This document shows, piece after piece, positions 46,080 to 54,223 of a DNA stretch of 56,817 nt. A program made the translations under genes and the position numbers. The DNA comes from an uncultured marine group III euryarchaeote (GTDB taxonomy: Archaea; Thermoplasmatota; Poseidoniia; MGIII; CG-Epi1): positions 1 to 56,817 of the forward strand of contig CACAGG010000002.1 of assembly GCA_902531985.1 (NCBI GenBank). The letters run 5' to 3'. The first letter of the stretch is position 1. The number at the start of each line of letters is the position of its first letter. The notes under the pieces were generated by a model, which was given only the letters and a program-made list of their open reading frames with translations, was not told the origin of the DNA and ran no database searches.

Positions 46080-46552
46080 ATTTTCTCTTTACGAATTTGC
46101 TGAGTCCAGTATCCTAAAACGGCACTCATGATTAGTTCAGATCCAGCTATTGCGAAAAATAGAGCCTCATTGTTGATAATATCGATAGAATCTTCTTCTT
46201 CATAATCAACAAAGAGAGTAAATTGCTTTATGATATAATTTTCGTCTTCGTAAAATGCAGTGAAAATGATATCATATCTCCCTTCAGCATAAATCACGTG
46301 TGAAACATTTGTTGCATTTGAATATCTAGTGTTAGGACCGCTTACATCTCTTCCAAAATCCCAAAGGATTGATTCAGTGTCTTCAGTGCTTGTTACACTG
46401 AAATTTACATTTTGTCCAGATTCAATAAAGGCAATGCCTGGAGCACCATAAGTGATATTCTCAGATGTTGCATTAATCGTAATCTCACTTGAAACTGTAG
46501 GTAGTAAAAGAATGGAGAAAATCAGAATAAAATTAAAGTTGAACTTTCCCAT
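46070..46552 (-). CDS. Small secreted protein with a single PKD-like domain and a C-terminal TM anchor
   Basis: It has a signal peptide, then ILWDFGRDVSG...HVIYAEGRYDIIFTA (the PKD WDFGDG...H.Y...G.Y pattern) and a TM helix. Its start overlaps the csl4 3' end by 20 nt. Confidence 0.6.
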   Translation of the reverse strand: MGKFNFNFILIFSILLLPTVSSEITINATSENITYGAPGIAFIESGQNVNFSVTSTEDTESILWDFGRDVSGPNTRYSNATNVSHVIYAEGRYDIIFTAFYEDENYIIKQFTLFVDYEEEDSIDIINNEALFFAIAGSELIMSAVLGYWTQQIRKEKIYL

Positions 46553-47081
46553 AAATTTTAGAAATTTTTCTTGGAACCCTTCTTCTTAATTCTTCAGACC
46601 ATAGTTCGCCTTCTACAACCTTCAAAACATCATGAGTCACATTACATCTGGCAAAAACGACGCCATCGTTATCAGCATTGGTAGACAATTCAATAGCAGG
46701 TGAATTTTTAATCACGGTAGCTTGAATTAAATCATTAGATTGGTAAACATCAGTAATGTTGGATACATAATCTTTAGACATTTTTGCAACATGTAAAGTT
46801 CCGACAGTATAATTTCCTATTGAGCGTTTCTTACCCTTAACTTTTAAAATTTCTACAGAAGCCATACTTTCTCTAGTCATTTGAATTCTTCCAAAGACGG
46901 TGTCTCCTTCATTTATTTCTAAGGGAACTGAAACTGAAGGTTCAATACTGATTTTCATTTGCTTATTATCTTCTTTTACTTCACCGCAAACACCAGCAAA
47001 CAATTCTCCATTTTCTTCGTAAACACCTTTGCCAGGCATGTATTCCATGGCACTTGCTAATTTATCGCCGGGTTGTTTCAT
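46533..47081 (-). CDS. csl4: Exosome complex RNA-binding subunit Csl4 (zinc-ribbon ligands lost)
   Basis: By eye it is colinear with archaeal Csl4: PGDKLA..EY.PGKGVYEENGELFAGVCG, GD.V.GR and GTLHV...S.DYV... Confidence 0.85.
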   Translation of the reverse strand: MKQPGDKLASAMEYMPGKGVYEENGELFAGVCGEVKEDNKQMKISIEPSVSVPLEINEGDTVFGRIQMTRESMASVEILKVKGKKRSIGNYTVGTLHVAKMSKDYVSNITDVYQSNDLIQATVIKNSPAIELSTNADNDGVVFARCNVTHDVLKVVEGELWSEELRRRVPRKISKIYGKVQL

Positions 47082-47085
47082 ACGA

Positions 47086-47670
47086 TTATCGCAGAGAAGC
47101 TATGTGATAAAGTATTGCTTTCTCCTTCTTGCTTTCTTTAGTATGAAAAGGCATACTTCTTTTTATCATGAAATCAAACTCATAAGCTGAGATTATCTTT
47201 CCAGAGTTTTGTTTAACAAACCTTTCGATAAATTCTCTAGTCTCTCCAAGATGAATGGTCCAAATATTTTCAGCAATTTCTAGAGATTTTTTTAAAAAGC
47301 TGCGATCAGAACCTGGCCTTTGAGATCCAAAGGGTGGATTCATTAAAACAGTTTCAAACGGTTCTTCAATATTCTCAATAGCTAAATTAACCCATCTGAT
47401 ATCTAAATCTTCTTTTGTAGAATATTCTTTTGCAATATTTAATGCATCTTTATCAATTTCATATCCTGTGACATTTGCTCCAGTAATTGCAGCACCAATA
47501 GCTAATCTTCCAGTACCACATCCCAAGTCGGCAACGCTTGCAGACAAATGTCCCAACGATTTGGCTTGTTTTATTATTTCGAAAACAACATCTACGGGAG
47601 TAGCGTATTGTTCAAGTTCAGGCTTAGGGTGACTAAAATCGGGAGAATTGAATAATATCTTTGAGTTCAT
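47086..47670 (-). CDS. METTL5-like SAM-dependent (rRNA m6A-type) methyltransferase
   Basis: Contains LEQYATP, ADLGCGTGRLAIGAAITGA, GYEIDKDAL, the NPPF catalytic motif (LMNPPFGS), and FLKKSLEIA...H...TREF. By eye it is colinear with METTL5. Confidence 0.8.
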   Translation of the reverse strand: MNSKILFNSPDFSHPKPELEQYATPVDVVFEIIKQAKSLGHLSASVADLGCGTGRLAIGAAITGANVTGYEIDKDALNIAKEYSTKEDLDIRWVNLAIENIEEPFETVLMNPPFGSQRPGSDRSFLKKSLEIAENIWTIHLGETREFIERFVKQNSGKIISAYEFDFMIKRSMPFHTKESKKEKAILYHIASLR

Positions 47671-49934
47671 ACATTTCTTACAAATTTATAATTATTCTCA
47701 AAAATTTCACCACTAGCATGTAATCCTTTGATTATTTGTTCTACTTTAGCCCTAGAATAGCCTTCTTCCTCCATAATATCACAAATTTCTTGCTCACCCA
47801 CGCCTTGTTTTCCTTGTTCATCGATTATTGACAATACACGTGCTCTTGGGTCTATGTCTTTCTTTCTTTGTTCAGCATCCATTCCAGAGAATGCATAATC
47901 TACATCACCACGGAGAGTTACGGAGAGGAATAGGTCCATCATTTCAATGGCATGATCTGCGTGTTTGACTTCTACAGTCTCTGAAAGATACATTTTGGCA
48001 TCAGCTTCAGATAATCGTATTATCGATTCAAGTTGTCTTGGTGTAATTGGCATTGTCTTATCTTGCTCATCAGTATTATGGTATCTATTTCGCAAACCGG
48101 TATAGTATACTTTTATTTTATATTGAGCTTCCGAAGTCATGACTGGCCTCAATTTTTTAGCATATGATATATACAATCTAAGTAATCTTTGATCTATAGG
48201 TCCTTCTAATGATCTAACAGCAAGCTGATCTTCATCAATAGCTTCACCAGGAATAAGTTCCTCACCAGCTCTGTGACTACTTAAAATCTTATCAGCTAAT
48301 AAATTATCCCTTTCAGGATCAGGATCGTCTGTAATTATAAAGAAAATATCAAATCTACTTAGTAATGAGATTGGCATGTTAACTTGAGGTGGAAGAGGCA
48401 TAGTCATGTCGAATCTACTTCTTTTTGGATTTGCTGCAGCAAGTACTGAACATTTTGATTTTAATTGGGCATTTATTCCTGCTTTAGCAATACTGATAGT
48501 TTGCTGTTCCATAGCTTCATGCATTGATGAACGATCTTCTTCAGACATTTTATCTATTTCATCAATACAAGCAATACCGCCAGAAGCTAATACCAAAGTT
48601 CCAGCTTCTAAACTCCATCTCCCTTCACCAAATTCATCTCTTACTGCGGCTGCAGTTAAACCGGCTGCAGAGGTAGATTTACCAGTAGCCATTACACCTC
48701 TTGGAGCTATTCTTGACGCCGAACGTAATAATTGAGATTTTGCTAAACCAGGATCACCCATCATCAGCATGTGAATATCTCCTCTTATTCTCGTACCGTC
48801 AGGAAGTTCCTTTGTTACACCTCCAAATTGTTGTAAAGCAACAGCCCTTTTTTCCCAGTTCATTCCAAAAATAGTCGGAGCAATAGAGTCTCTAATTCTT
48901 TCAGCTATATCTTCTTGAAGAGATAATTCTTTTATTTCTTTTAATTCGCTTGCAGTTGGTTCAACATTCTCTTCTTCTCCAATTTTCTCATCTATACTGT
49001 GTGCATACAGGTATATGTCAAATTCACTTTTTTGTCTTCGACCTTGAAATTGAGATTTTGGTTTAATTATACCAACAATTGCGACTCTATCTCCAGGCTG
49101 TATTTTATGGGCTAATGAACTTTCAAAATAAGCAGTTAATCTTTCAGGTTGAGCACCTGGTGGTAAGTCTTCAGGATATTCTTGTATTTCTACCTTTTGA
49201 GAGTCAATAAATTGAGATAAATTTTCTTTTAATTTAAACTCAGCACATTTGCATGTCTCAGCAGTACAACGGGTAGGTTCTCTCATGGTGAAGAAATCCT
49301 GGATATAGGAATTCTTATGATTTTCCCAATCACATTCGAAAATACCAATTTCCATTCTTGGTCTTACTGGAGTGGCTTTTCTTACTAATCCATTTAATCT
49401 AACAGTTCTGTAGAGGTGTTCTTTTCTTAAACCACTAATTTCTACATCATAAAGCTCGCCAGGTATTCCCATAGGGACTACATCTAGAGTTATCTTTGTT
49501 CGGTGTTCCTTTCTCACCCTTTTCTTTGTATCATCGTCAATGAATTCTTGTACTACTAGTTTGGCAGCTTCTAAGGCATCATCTAAGTTCCATCTTAAAT
49601 TACTTGATAATCTTGCATTAAAATCAGTCACAGATTCCCAAGTGATCCGTATTGCCCTATCTCCATCAGGATATTCTTTTGCTATTTTTAAAATCTCATC
49701 GCTGTAAGTAGGTATGTTATTTTCATCAATACCCCTTCCTTCACACTCGGGGCATGTTATAGTATCAGGATCGTCTGTAGTTCTCTCATATTCAATTCGT
49801 CCTAGACCTCCGCATTTTACACACTTAGGTGCAGAAAATTCCTTCCCATTTCTATCTACAGGTCGATTCCGTGAGTCCTGAAAGAAGGAGCGCCAAAGCT
49901 CCATAAGTTCATCTACTGCAATGTCATTTTCCAA
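47667..49934 (-). CDS. mcm: MCM replicative helicase with an extra DnaJ-type zinc knuckle in the N-terminal region
   Basis: Contains Walker A MMGDPGLAKSQLL, Walker B IACIDEIDKM, the arginine finger SRFD, IAKAGI, an N-terminal OB/zinc region and a C-terminal wHTH-like end. The start is TTG, and the ATG at M11 is an alternative. Confidence 0.93.
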   Translation of the reverse strand: MENDIAVDELMELWRSFFQDSRNRPVDRNGKEFSAPKCVKCGGLGRIEYERTTDDPDTITCPECEGRGIDENNIPTYSDEILKIAKEYPDGDRAIRITWESVTDFNARLSSNLRWNLDDALEAAKLVVQEFIDDDTKKRVRKEHRTKITLDVVPMGIPGELYDVEISGLRKEHLYRTVRLNGLVRKATPVRPRMEIGIFECDWENHKNSYIQDFFTMREPTRCTAETCKCAEFKLKENLSQFIDSQKVEIQEYPEDLPPGAQPERLTAYFESSLAHKIQPGDRVAIVGIIKPKSQFQGRRQKSEFDIYLYAHSIDEKIGEEENVEPTASELKEIKELSLQEDIAERIRDSIAPTIFGMNWEKRAVALQQFGGVTKELPDGTRIRGDIHMLMMGDPGLAKSQLLRSASRIAPRGVMATGKSTSAAGLTAAAVRDEFGEGRWSLEAGTLVLASGGIACIDEIDKMSEEDRSSMHEAMEQQTISIAKAGINAQLKSKCSVLAAANPKRSRFDMTMPLPPQVNMPISLLSRFDIFFIITDDPDPERDNLLADKILSSHRAGEELIPGEAIDEDQLAVRSLEGPIDQRLLRLYISYAKKLRPVMTSEAQYKIKVYYTGLRNRYHNTDEQDKTMPITPRQLESIIRLSEADAKMYLSETVEVKHADHAIEMMDLFLSVTLRGDVDYAFSGMDAEQRKKDIDPRARVLSIIDEQGKQGVGEQEICDIMEEEGYSRAKVEQIIKGLHASGEIFENNYKFVRNV

Positions 49935-49987
49935 GGACCATAGCCATACGGCAACCCGTTAAATATCTATGGTAAAGAATTAATTTT

Positions 49988-50896
49988 TTATCCGCCAAAA
50001 AGACGTTTGAAAAAACTAGGTCTGTTTGCTTTAATTTCAGCTTCAAGATTTATTCTTGAATCTACAGCAGCCATAAAATTCGGATTAATTTCCAGCGCTT
50101 TATCAAAAGCAGCTAATGCCTTTTCTCTTTCTCCCATAGCCTTCCAGAGCACAGTACCTTTGTTTACCCAAGTGTCAACAACATAGGGATTCAAATCCAA
50201 TGCTTTTTCAAAAGCTTCTAAAGCTTCTTCAGGTTTGTCTAATGCATACAAAATATTACCTTTATTTCGGTGTAAGGTATCATCATTTTTATGGGATTTT
50301 AAAGCATGGTTACAAACTTTAAGTGCAGCCTTATTGTCATCTTTCTTTCTAAGAACCATAACTAAATCATTGTGGGCTTCTTTCATGTCTGATTTGAATT
50401 TAATAGCATTCTTCAGACACTTTTCGGCGTCATCGTATTTCTGGACAAGCATTTTGGCATATCCTTTGTTATACCAAGCTTCTGCATCTCTTGCATTGAG
50501 TCTGAGAATAGCATTCCAACATTTATCAGCTTTACCAAATTTCTTCAATTTTGTTAATAAAATTCCCAAAGATTTCCATCCATCTATGTCCTTTGGTTTA
50601 CTTTGAGTAGCCATGTGATAAGATCTAATTGCTTCTTCATAATCGCCTAACAATTCAGAAACTTCAGCCTTTCCTTTCAGTGCTTCAGCATGGTTTGGAC
50701 TTTTTTTTAACACAGTTTCAAAGGTGCTTCGTGCATTGTCAGGATCGCCTAATTCATATTGAACACGTCCAAAAGCTACTCTTGCAGGAATATCTCCTGA
50801 ATTATCTCTTAAGATACTGTCTAGTAAATTATAAGCACCATCAAGGTCTCCGTTATAGAGTAAATCATCTAATGTTTTTTGCCACTTTGCTGCCAT
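49988..50896 (-). CDS. TPR-repeat protein (about 8 TPRs)
   Basis: It has repeated 34-aa units with the W/Y..G.....Y..A...F..AL...P pattern (for example AEAWYNKGYAKMLVQKYDDAEKCLKNAIKFKSD). Only 2 nt lie between its start and the upstream V4R gene's stop. Confidence 0.85.
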   Translation of the reverse strand: MAAKWQKTLDDLLYNGDLDGAYNLLDSILRDNSGDIPARVAFGRVQYELGDPDNARSTFETVLKKSPNHAEALKGKAEVSELLGDYEEAIRSYHMATQSKPKDIDGWKSLGILLTKLKKFGKADKCWNAILRLNARDAEAWYNKGYAKMLVQKYDDAEKCLKNAIKFKSDMKEAHNDLVMVLRKKDDNKAALKVCNHALKSHKNDDTLHRNKGNILYALDKPEEALEAFEKALDLNPYVVDTWVNKGTVLWKAMGEREKALAAFDKALEINPNFMAAVDSRINLEAEIKANRPSFFKRLFGG

Positions 50897-50898
50897 GT

Positions 50899-51348
50899 TT
50901 ATTTCTTATCAAATTTGAAGAGTCTTGTTTCCTCTCCTACCAATTCTTCTACCACACTATAAGGTTGTTGTAAGAGCCCTTCAAGTACTCCGGAGAGACA
51001 TCCAGCAGTGAAATCACAATGATTCTCAGCTCCAATTATTCCAATCTCAAGTAAATTTTCTAGCTTAACAACTATGTGTTCCTTGTTTGAATCTAATACA
51101 AAAAGATGTCCTAATCCAGCTTCGGCCCATGCTTGGTTGAGTACCATATCTAAATCGTCAGTACCCATGCCAACATAGTTGACTGAAAGACTATTTCCTA
51201 CAGTGTGCCCACAGTTGAAAAGAATTCTTCTAGCTTTTTCAGAACCCACTCCTTGCAATTCAGTCCATAAAGTACCAAGAAAGGTACTAGGCAAAACTAG
51301 GATATCAGATGTTTGAACGCCAACGTCCGTATCGTAGAAGTCATCCAT
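50899..51348 (-). CDS. V4R (4-vinyl reductase / Bet3-like fold) domain protein
   Basis: Contains ARRILFNCGHTVGNSL...WAEAGLGHLFVLD...IVVKLENLLE...NHCDFTAGCLSGVLEGLL...VEE. This follows the V4R pattern (G..G......GlG.l.....v.v.ns.e.....C.f..G.l.G), but the distal Cys pair seen in many V4R proteins is absent. Confidence 0.55.
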   Translation of the reverse strand: MDDFYDTDVGVQTSDILVLPSTFLGTLWTELQGVGSEKARRILFNCGHTVGNSLSVNYVGMGTDDLDMVLNQAWAEAGLGHLFVLDSNKEHIVVKLENLLEIGIIGAENHCDFTAGCLSGVLEGLLQQPYSVVEELVGEETRLFKFDKK

Positions 51349-51362
51349 AGGGCTTAGCCCTT

Positions 51363-51902
51363 CTATGACATTCCCTCAACCATCTTCTCAGAAATATTCT
51401 GAAAAGCTTCACCTACATTTCGACCATCTTTTGCAGAGGTCATCATGAACTGTGCGTTGAGTTTCTTTGATACTTCAGACATTTCTTTTTCGCCAAATAA
51501 TGCTTTATCCATCAAATCACATTTATTAGCAAGCAATACTACAGGGATTTCTCCAGTTACCTGCATTAATGTCTTAATCCAATCGATAGTAGAAAGTAGA
51601 GTTTCTCTGCGAGTTATATCACAAACAATCATTGCGCCTTCTGAACCGCGGTAATAAGCTTGTTTGACATTTCCGAGTGTTTTTTGTCCAGCAACATCCC
51701 AAATCATGAGTGTTACATCAATATCTGGCTTTGCACCGCCAGATCTTAATTGGACCTCTTTCTTTACAATTTTAGCTCCAATTGTTGTTAAATATTTGTC
51801 ATCGAAAGCGTTTATAACGAAACGACGAATCAAACTAGTCTTTCCTACAGCAGGATCGCCGAGCACAACAATCTTCTTTGATACTTTCTTAGCAGCCATC
51901 AT
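51363..51902 (-). CDS. Ras-superfamily small GTPase (Rab/Ras-like)
   Basis: All G boxes are present: G1 GDPAVGKT, G2/switch I YLTTIG, G3 WDVAGQ, G4 NKCD and G5 TSAK. It is 179 aa with no C-terminal Cys lipidation motif. Confidence 0.88.
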   Translation of the reverse strand: MMAAKKVSKKIVVLGDPAVGKTSLIRRFVINAFDDKYLTTIGAKIVKKEVQLRSGGAKPDIDVTLMIWDVAGQKTLGNVKQAYYRGSEGAMIVCDITRRETLLSTIDWIKTLMQVTGEIPVVLLANKCDLMDKALFGEKEMSEVSKKLNAQFMMTSAKDGRNVGEAFQNISEKMVEGMS

Positions 51903-51960
51903 GGTTCTCTACCTCGAGGTTTAATCATTGTTGAGACTCTATTTAATATTAATCAATATT

Positions 51961-52755
51961 TTAGATAATTTTTTGCTTATTTTCGCAAATGTGGGTACTT
52001 CTTTGCCCTACAATGATTCTTGTTACTGGTTTTTTACAGTGTGGGCAAGGCTCACCAGTCTTCCGGAATATTTTCAATTGCTTCCAAAAATCTCCTTTTT
52101 TACCTTCAGGACCTCTAAAAGTTAGGAACGTTGTCCCTCCATAACTTATCGATTTTTTTATTATATATCTTATATCTCTATGTAGTTGTTTTTTTTCGAC
52201 CTTTGTTAAAGTATTGGCTTTTCGCATAGGATGTATTGACGATCTGAATAAAATTTCATCAGCTAAATAGTTTCCGATACCTGCTATAAATTGCTGATTC
52301 AATAGTAATGGTTTCATCATTCCAGTTCTTTTTTCTAGCATTTCTTCAAACTTGTTAGAAGTAAACTGCTTGCTTAGAGGTTCAATTCCAATATGTCCTA
52401 CAATTTTGTTGATATTTTTAACAATCCAAACGCGTCCAAATTTCCTATAATCTACAAGGCATAATTTTTGGCCATCAGTAAAATTAATCTCCACAGTAGT
52501 ATATTTTGGAGTCTCACCCTTTGTAATATCTATTCTCCCAGTCATTCTTAAATGGATTATGATATGGTGTGTGTTTAGATTGATTATTAGATATTTTCCT
52601 CTTCTGTCTAATCCAAATATTTTTTGCCCCTTCACAAGGTTAAAATTAGAATCAGATGCTCTATGCCAGAGAGCTTTCCCTCCGTTAGCTTCTAAACCAA
52701 TTAATGGTTTAGCTAATCCAGTTCGATAAGAGTCAACCTCAGGTAATTCAGGCAT
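51961..52755 (-). CDS. fpg: Formamidopyrimidine-DNA glycosylase / endonuclease VIII family (Fpg/Nei)
   Basis: It has the N-terminal catalytic MPELPEV, an H2TH segment (LLNQQFIAGIGNYLADEILFRSSIHP) and a C-terminal zinc-finger region (CPHC...HIC). Confidence 0.85.
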   Translation of the reverse strand: MPELPEVDSYRTGLAKPLIGLEANGGKALWHRASDSNFNLVKGQKIFGLDRRGKYLIINLNTHHIIIHLRMTGRIDITKGETPKYTTVEINFTDGQKLCLVDYRKFGRVWIVKNINKIVGHIGIEPLSKQFTSNKFEEMLEKRTGMMKPLLLNQQFIAGIGNYLADEILFRSSIHPMRKANTLTKVEKKQLHRDIRYIIKKSISYGGTTFLTFRGPEGKKGDFWKQLKIFRKTGEPCPHCKKPVTRIIVGQRSTHICENKQKII

Positions 52756-52802
52756 GAAATCTTTAGGGCGAGACGGTTTTAATCTCCTGTCCCTACAAAC
52801 TT

Positions 52803-54221
52803 GTGCTTAGATTGTATAATACAGCAAAACGCAAAATGGAAGACTTTCATCCGATAGAAGAAGGTAAAGTGGGAATGTATGTTTGTGGTTTAACTGTTTA
52901 CAATGACATGCATTTAGGCCATGCACGCACGTACATTGCATTCGATGTAATTCGTAGATGGTTAGAGTATCTTGGTTACGAAGTAAATTTTGTGCAGAAT
53001 CACACAGATATTGATGATAAAATTATTAAAAAAGCTAATGATGAAGGTCTCACTTCACATGATTTAGCTAATAAATATGTTAGTAGAACTATGGAAGATT
53101 TGAAAAGTCTTCAAGTTCGTCCTCCTACACATATGCCCAAAGCTACAGATTTCATTCCAGAAATGATTGAAATCATATCCGATTTAATTTCCAAAGGTAA
53201 TGCTTACGTTACAGATCCAGCTCAGGGAGCACTTGCTTCAGACGTATATTTTGATGTAATATCAGCTTCTGAAACTTTTGGAACATTGACAGGACAGAAA
53301 ATTGAAGACATGGAAGCTGGGGCTAGAGTTGCAGTAGATAGTAGAAAGAAGCATCCATCTGATTTTGTGTTGTGGAAAGGAGCTAAACCTAATGAGCCAA
53401 ATTGGAAAAGTCCTTGGGGTTTAGGAAGGCCAGGCTGGCATATCGAGTGTTCAGCAATGTCTTTATCTCACTTAGGTCAGCATTTTGATATCCATGGAGG
53501 AGGTATAGATCTTAGATTCCCTCACCATGAATCCGAAATATTGCAATCTGAATGCCACACAGGGCATTCTCCAATGTCAAACTATTGGTTACATTCAGGG
53601 CATCTTACAGTTAATAATGCAAAAATGTCAAAATCATTGGATAATTTTTTCTTGGTAAGGGACGTCATGAAAGAATATAGTGCCCCAATACTTCGTTTTT
53701 ATTTGTTAAATGGGCACTACCGCTCACCAATTGATTTCAGTGACAATAATTTGAAAGAATCTTTGTCTGCTTATAGACGGCTTGAAGGTTCCTATAATAG
53801 ATTGTTGACAATAGAATCTAGTGGTTTAGAAAGGCCCTCATATTTAGTTGAAGCGACTAAAGCATGTAGAGATGATTTCATATCAGCTATGAATGATGAC
53901 TTCAATACGCGTGAAGCTATTGCAGCTCTTTTTCAATTGTCACGTGTTTCAAATAATTGTGATTATTCCTTAATTGATACTGAATTGCTAAAAGAAGTAA
54001 TAGAGATTTTTGAACTTTATGGAAACAAGGTATTAGGCTTATTTGGATTAGACGTATTAGATTCAAATTTAGAATCCGAAATTGAACAATTAATATTAGA
54101 TAGAGATGAAGCCCGAAAATCCAAAAATTGGTCAAAATCAGACTTAATACGTGATAGACTAACGTCTATGGGTATTGAAATTCAAGATACTCCTGAAGGA
54201 ACCAAGTGGCGTAAGATTTAG
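52803..54221 (+). CDS. cysS: Cysteinyl-tRNA synthetase
   Basis: Contains YVCGLTVYNDMHLGHARTY (HIGH), WGLGRPGWHIEC, HGGGIDLRFPHHE and KMSKSLDN. The start codon is GTG. Confidence 0.93.
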   Translation: MLRLYNTAKRKMEDFHPIEEGKVGMYVCGLTVYNDMHLGHARTYIAFDVIRRWLEYLGYEVNFVQNHTDIDDKIIKKANDEGLTSHDLANKYVSRTMEDLKSLQVRPPTHMPKATDFIPEMIEIISDLISKGNAYVTDPAQGALASDVYFDVISASETFGTLTGQKIEDMEAGARVAVDSRKKHPSDFVLWKGAKPNEPNWKSPWGLGRPGWHIECSAMSLSHLGQHFDIHGGGIDLRFPHHESEILQSECHTGHSPMSNYWLHSGHLTVNNAKMSKSLDNFFLVRDVMKEYSAPILRFYLLNGHYRSPIDFSDNNLKESLSAYRRLEGSYNRLLTIESSGLERPSYLVEATKACRDDFISAMNDDFNTREAIAALFQLSRVSNNCDYSLIDTELLKEVIEIFELYGNKVLGLFGLDVLDSNLESEIEQLILDRDEARKSKNWSKSDLIRDRLTSMGIEIQDTPEGTKWRKI

Positions 54222-54223
54222 AT

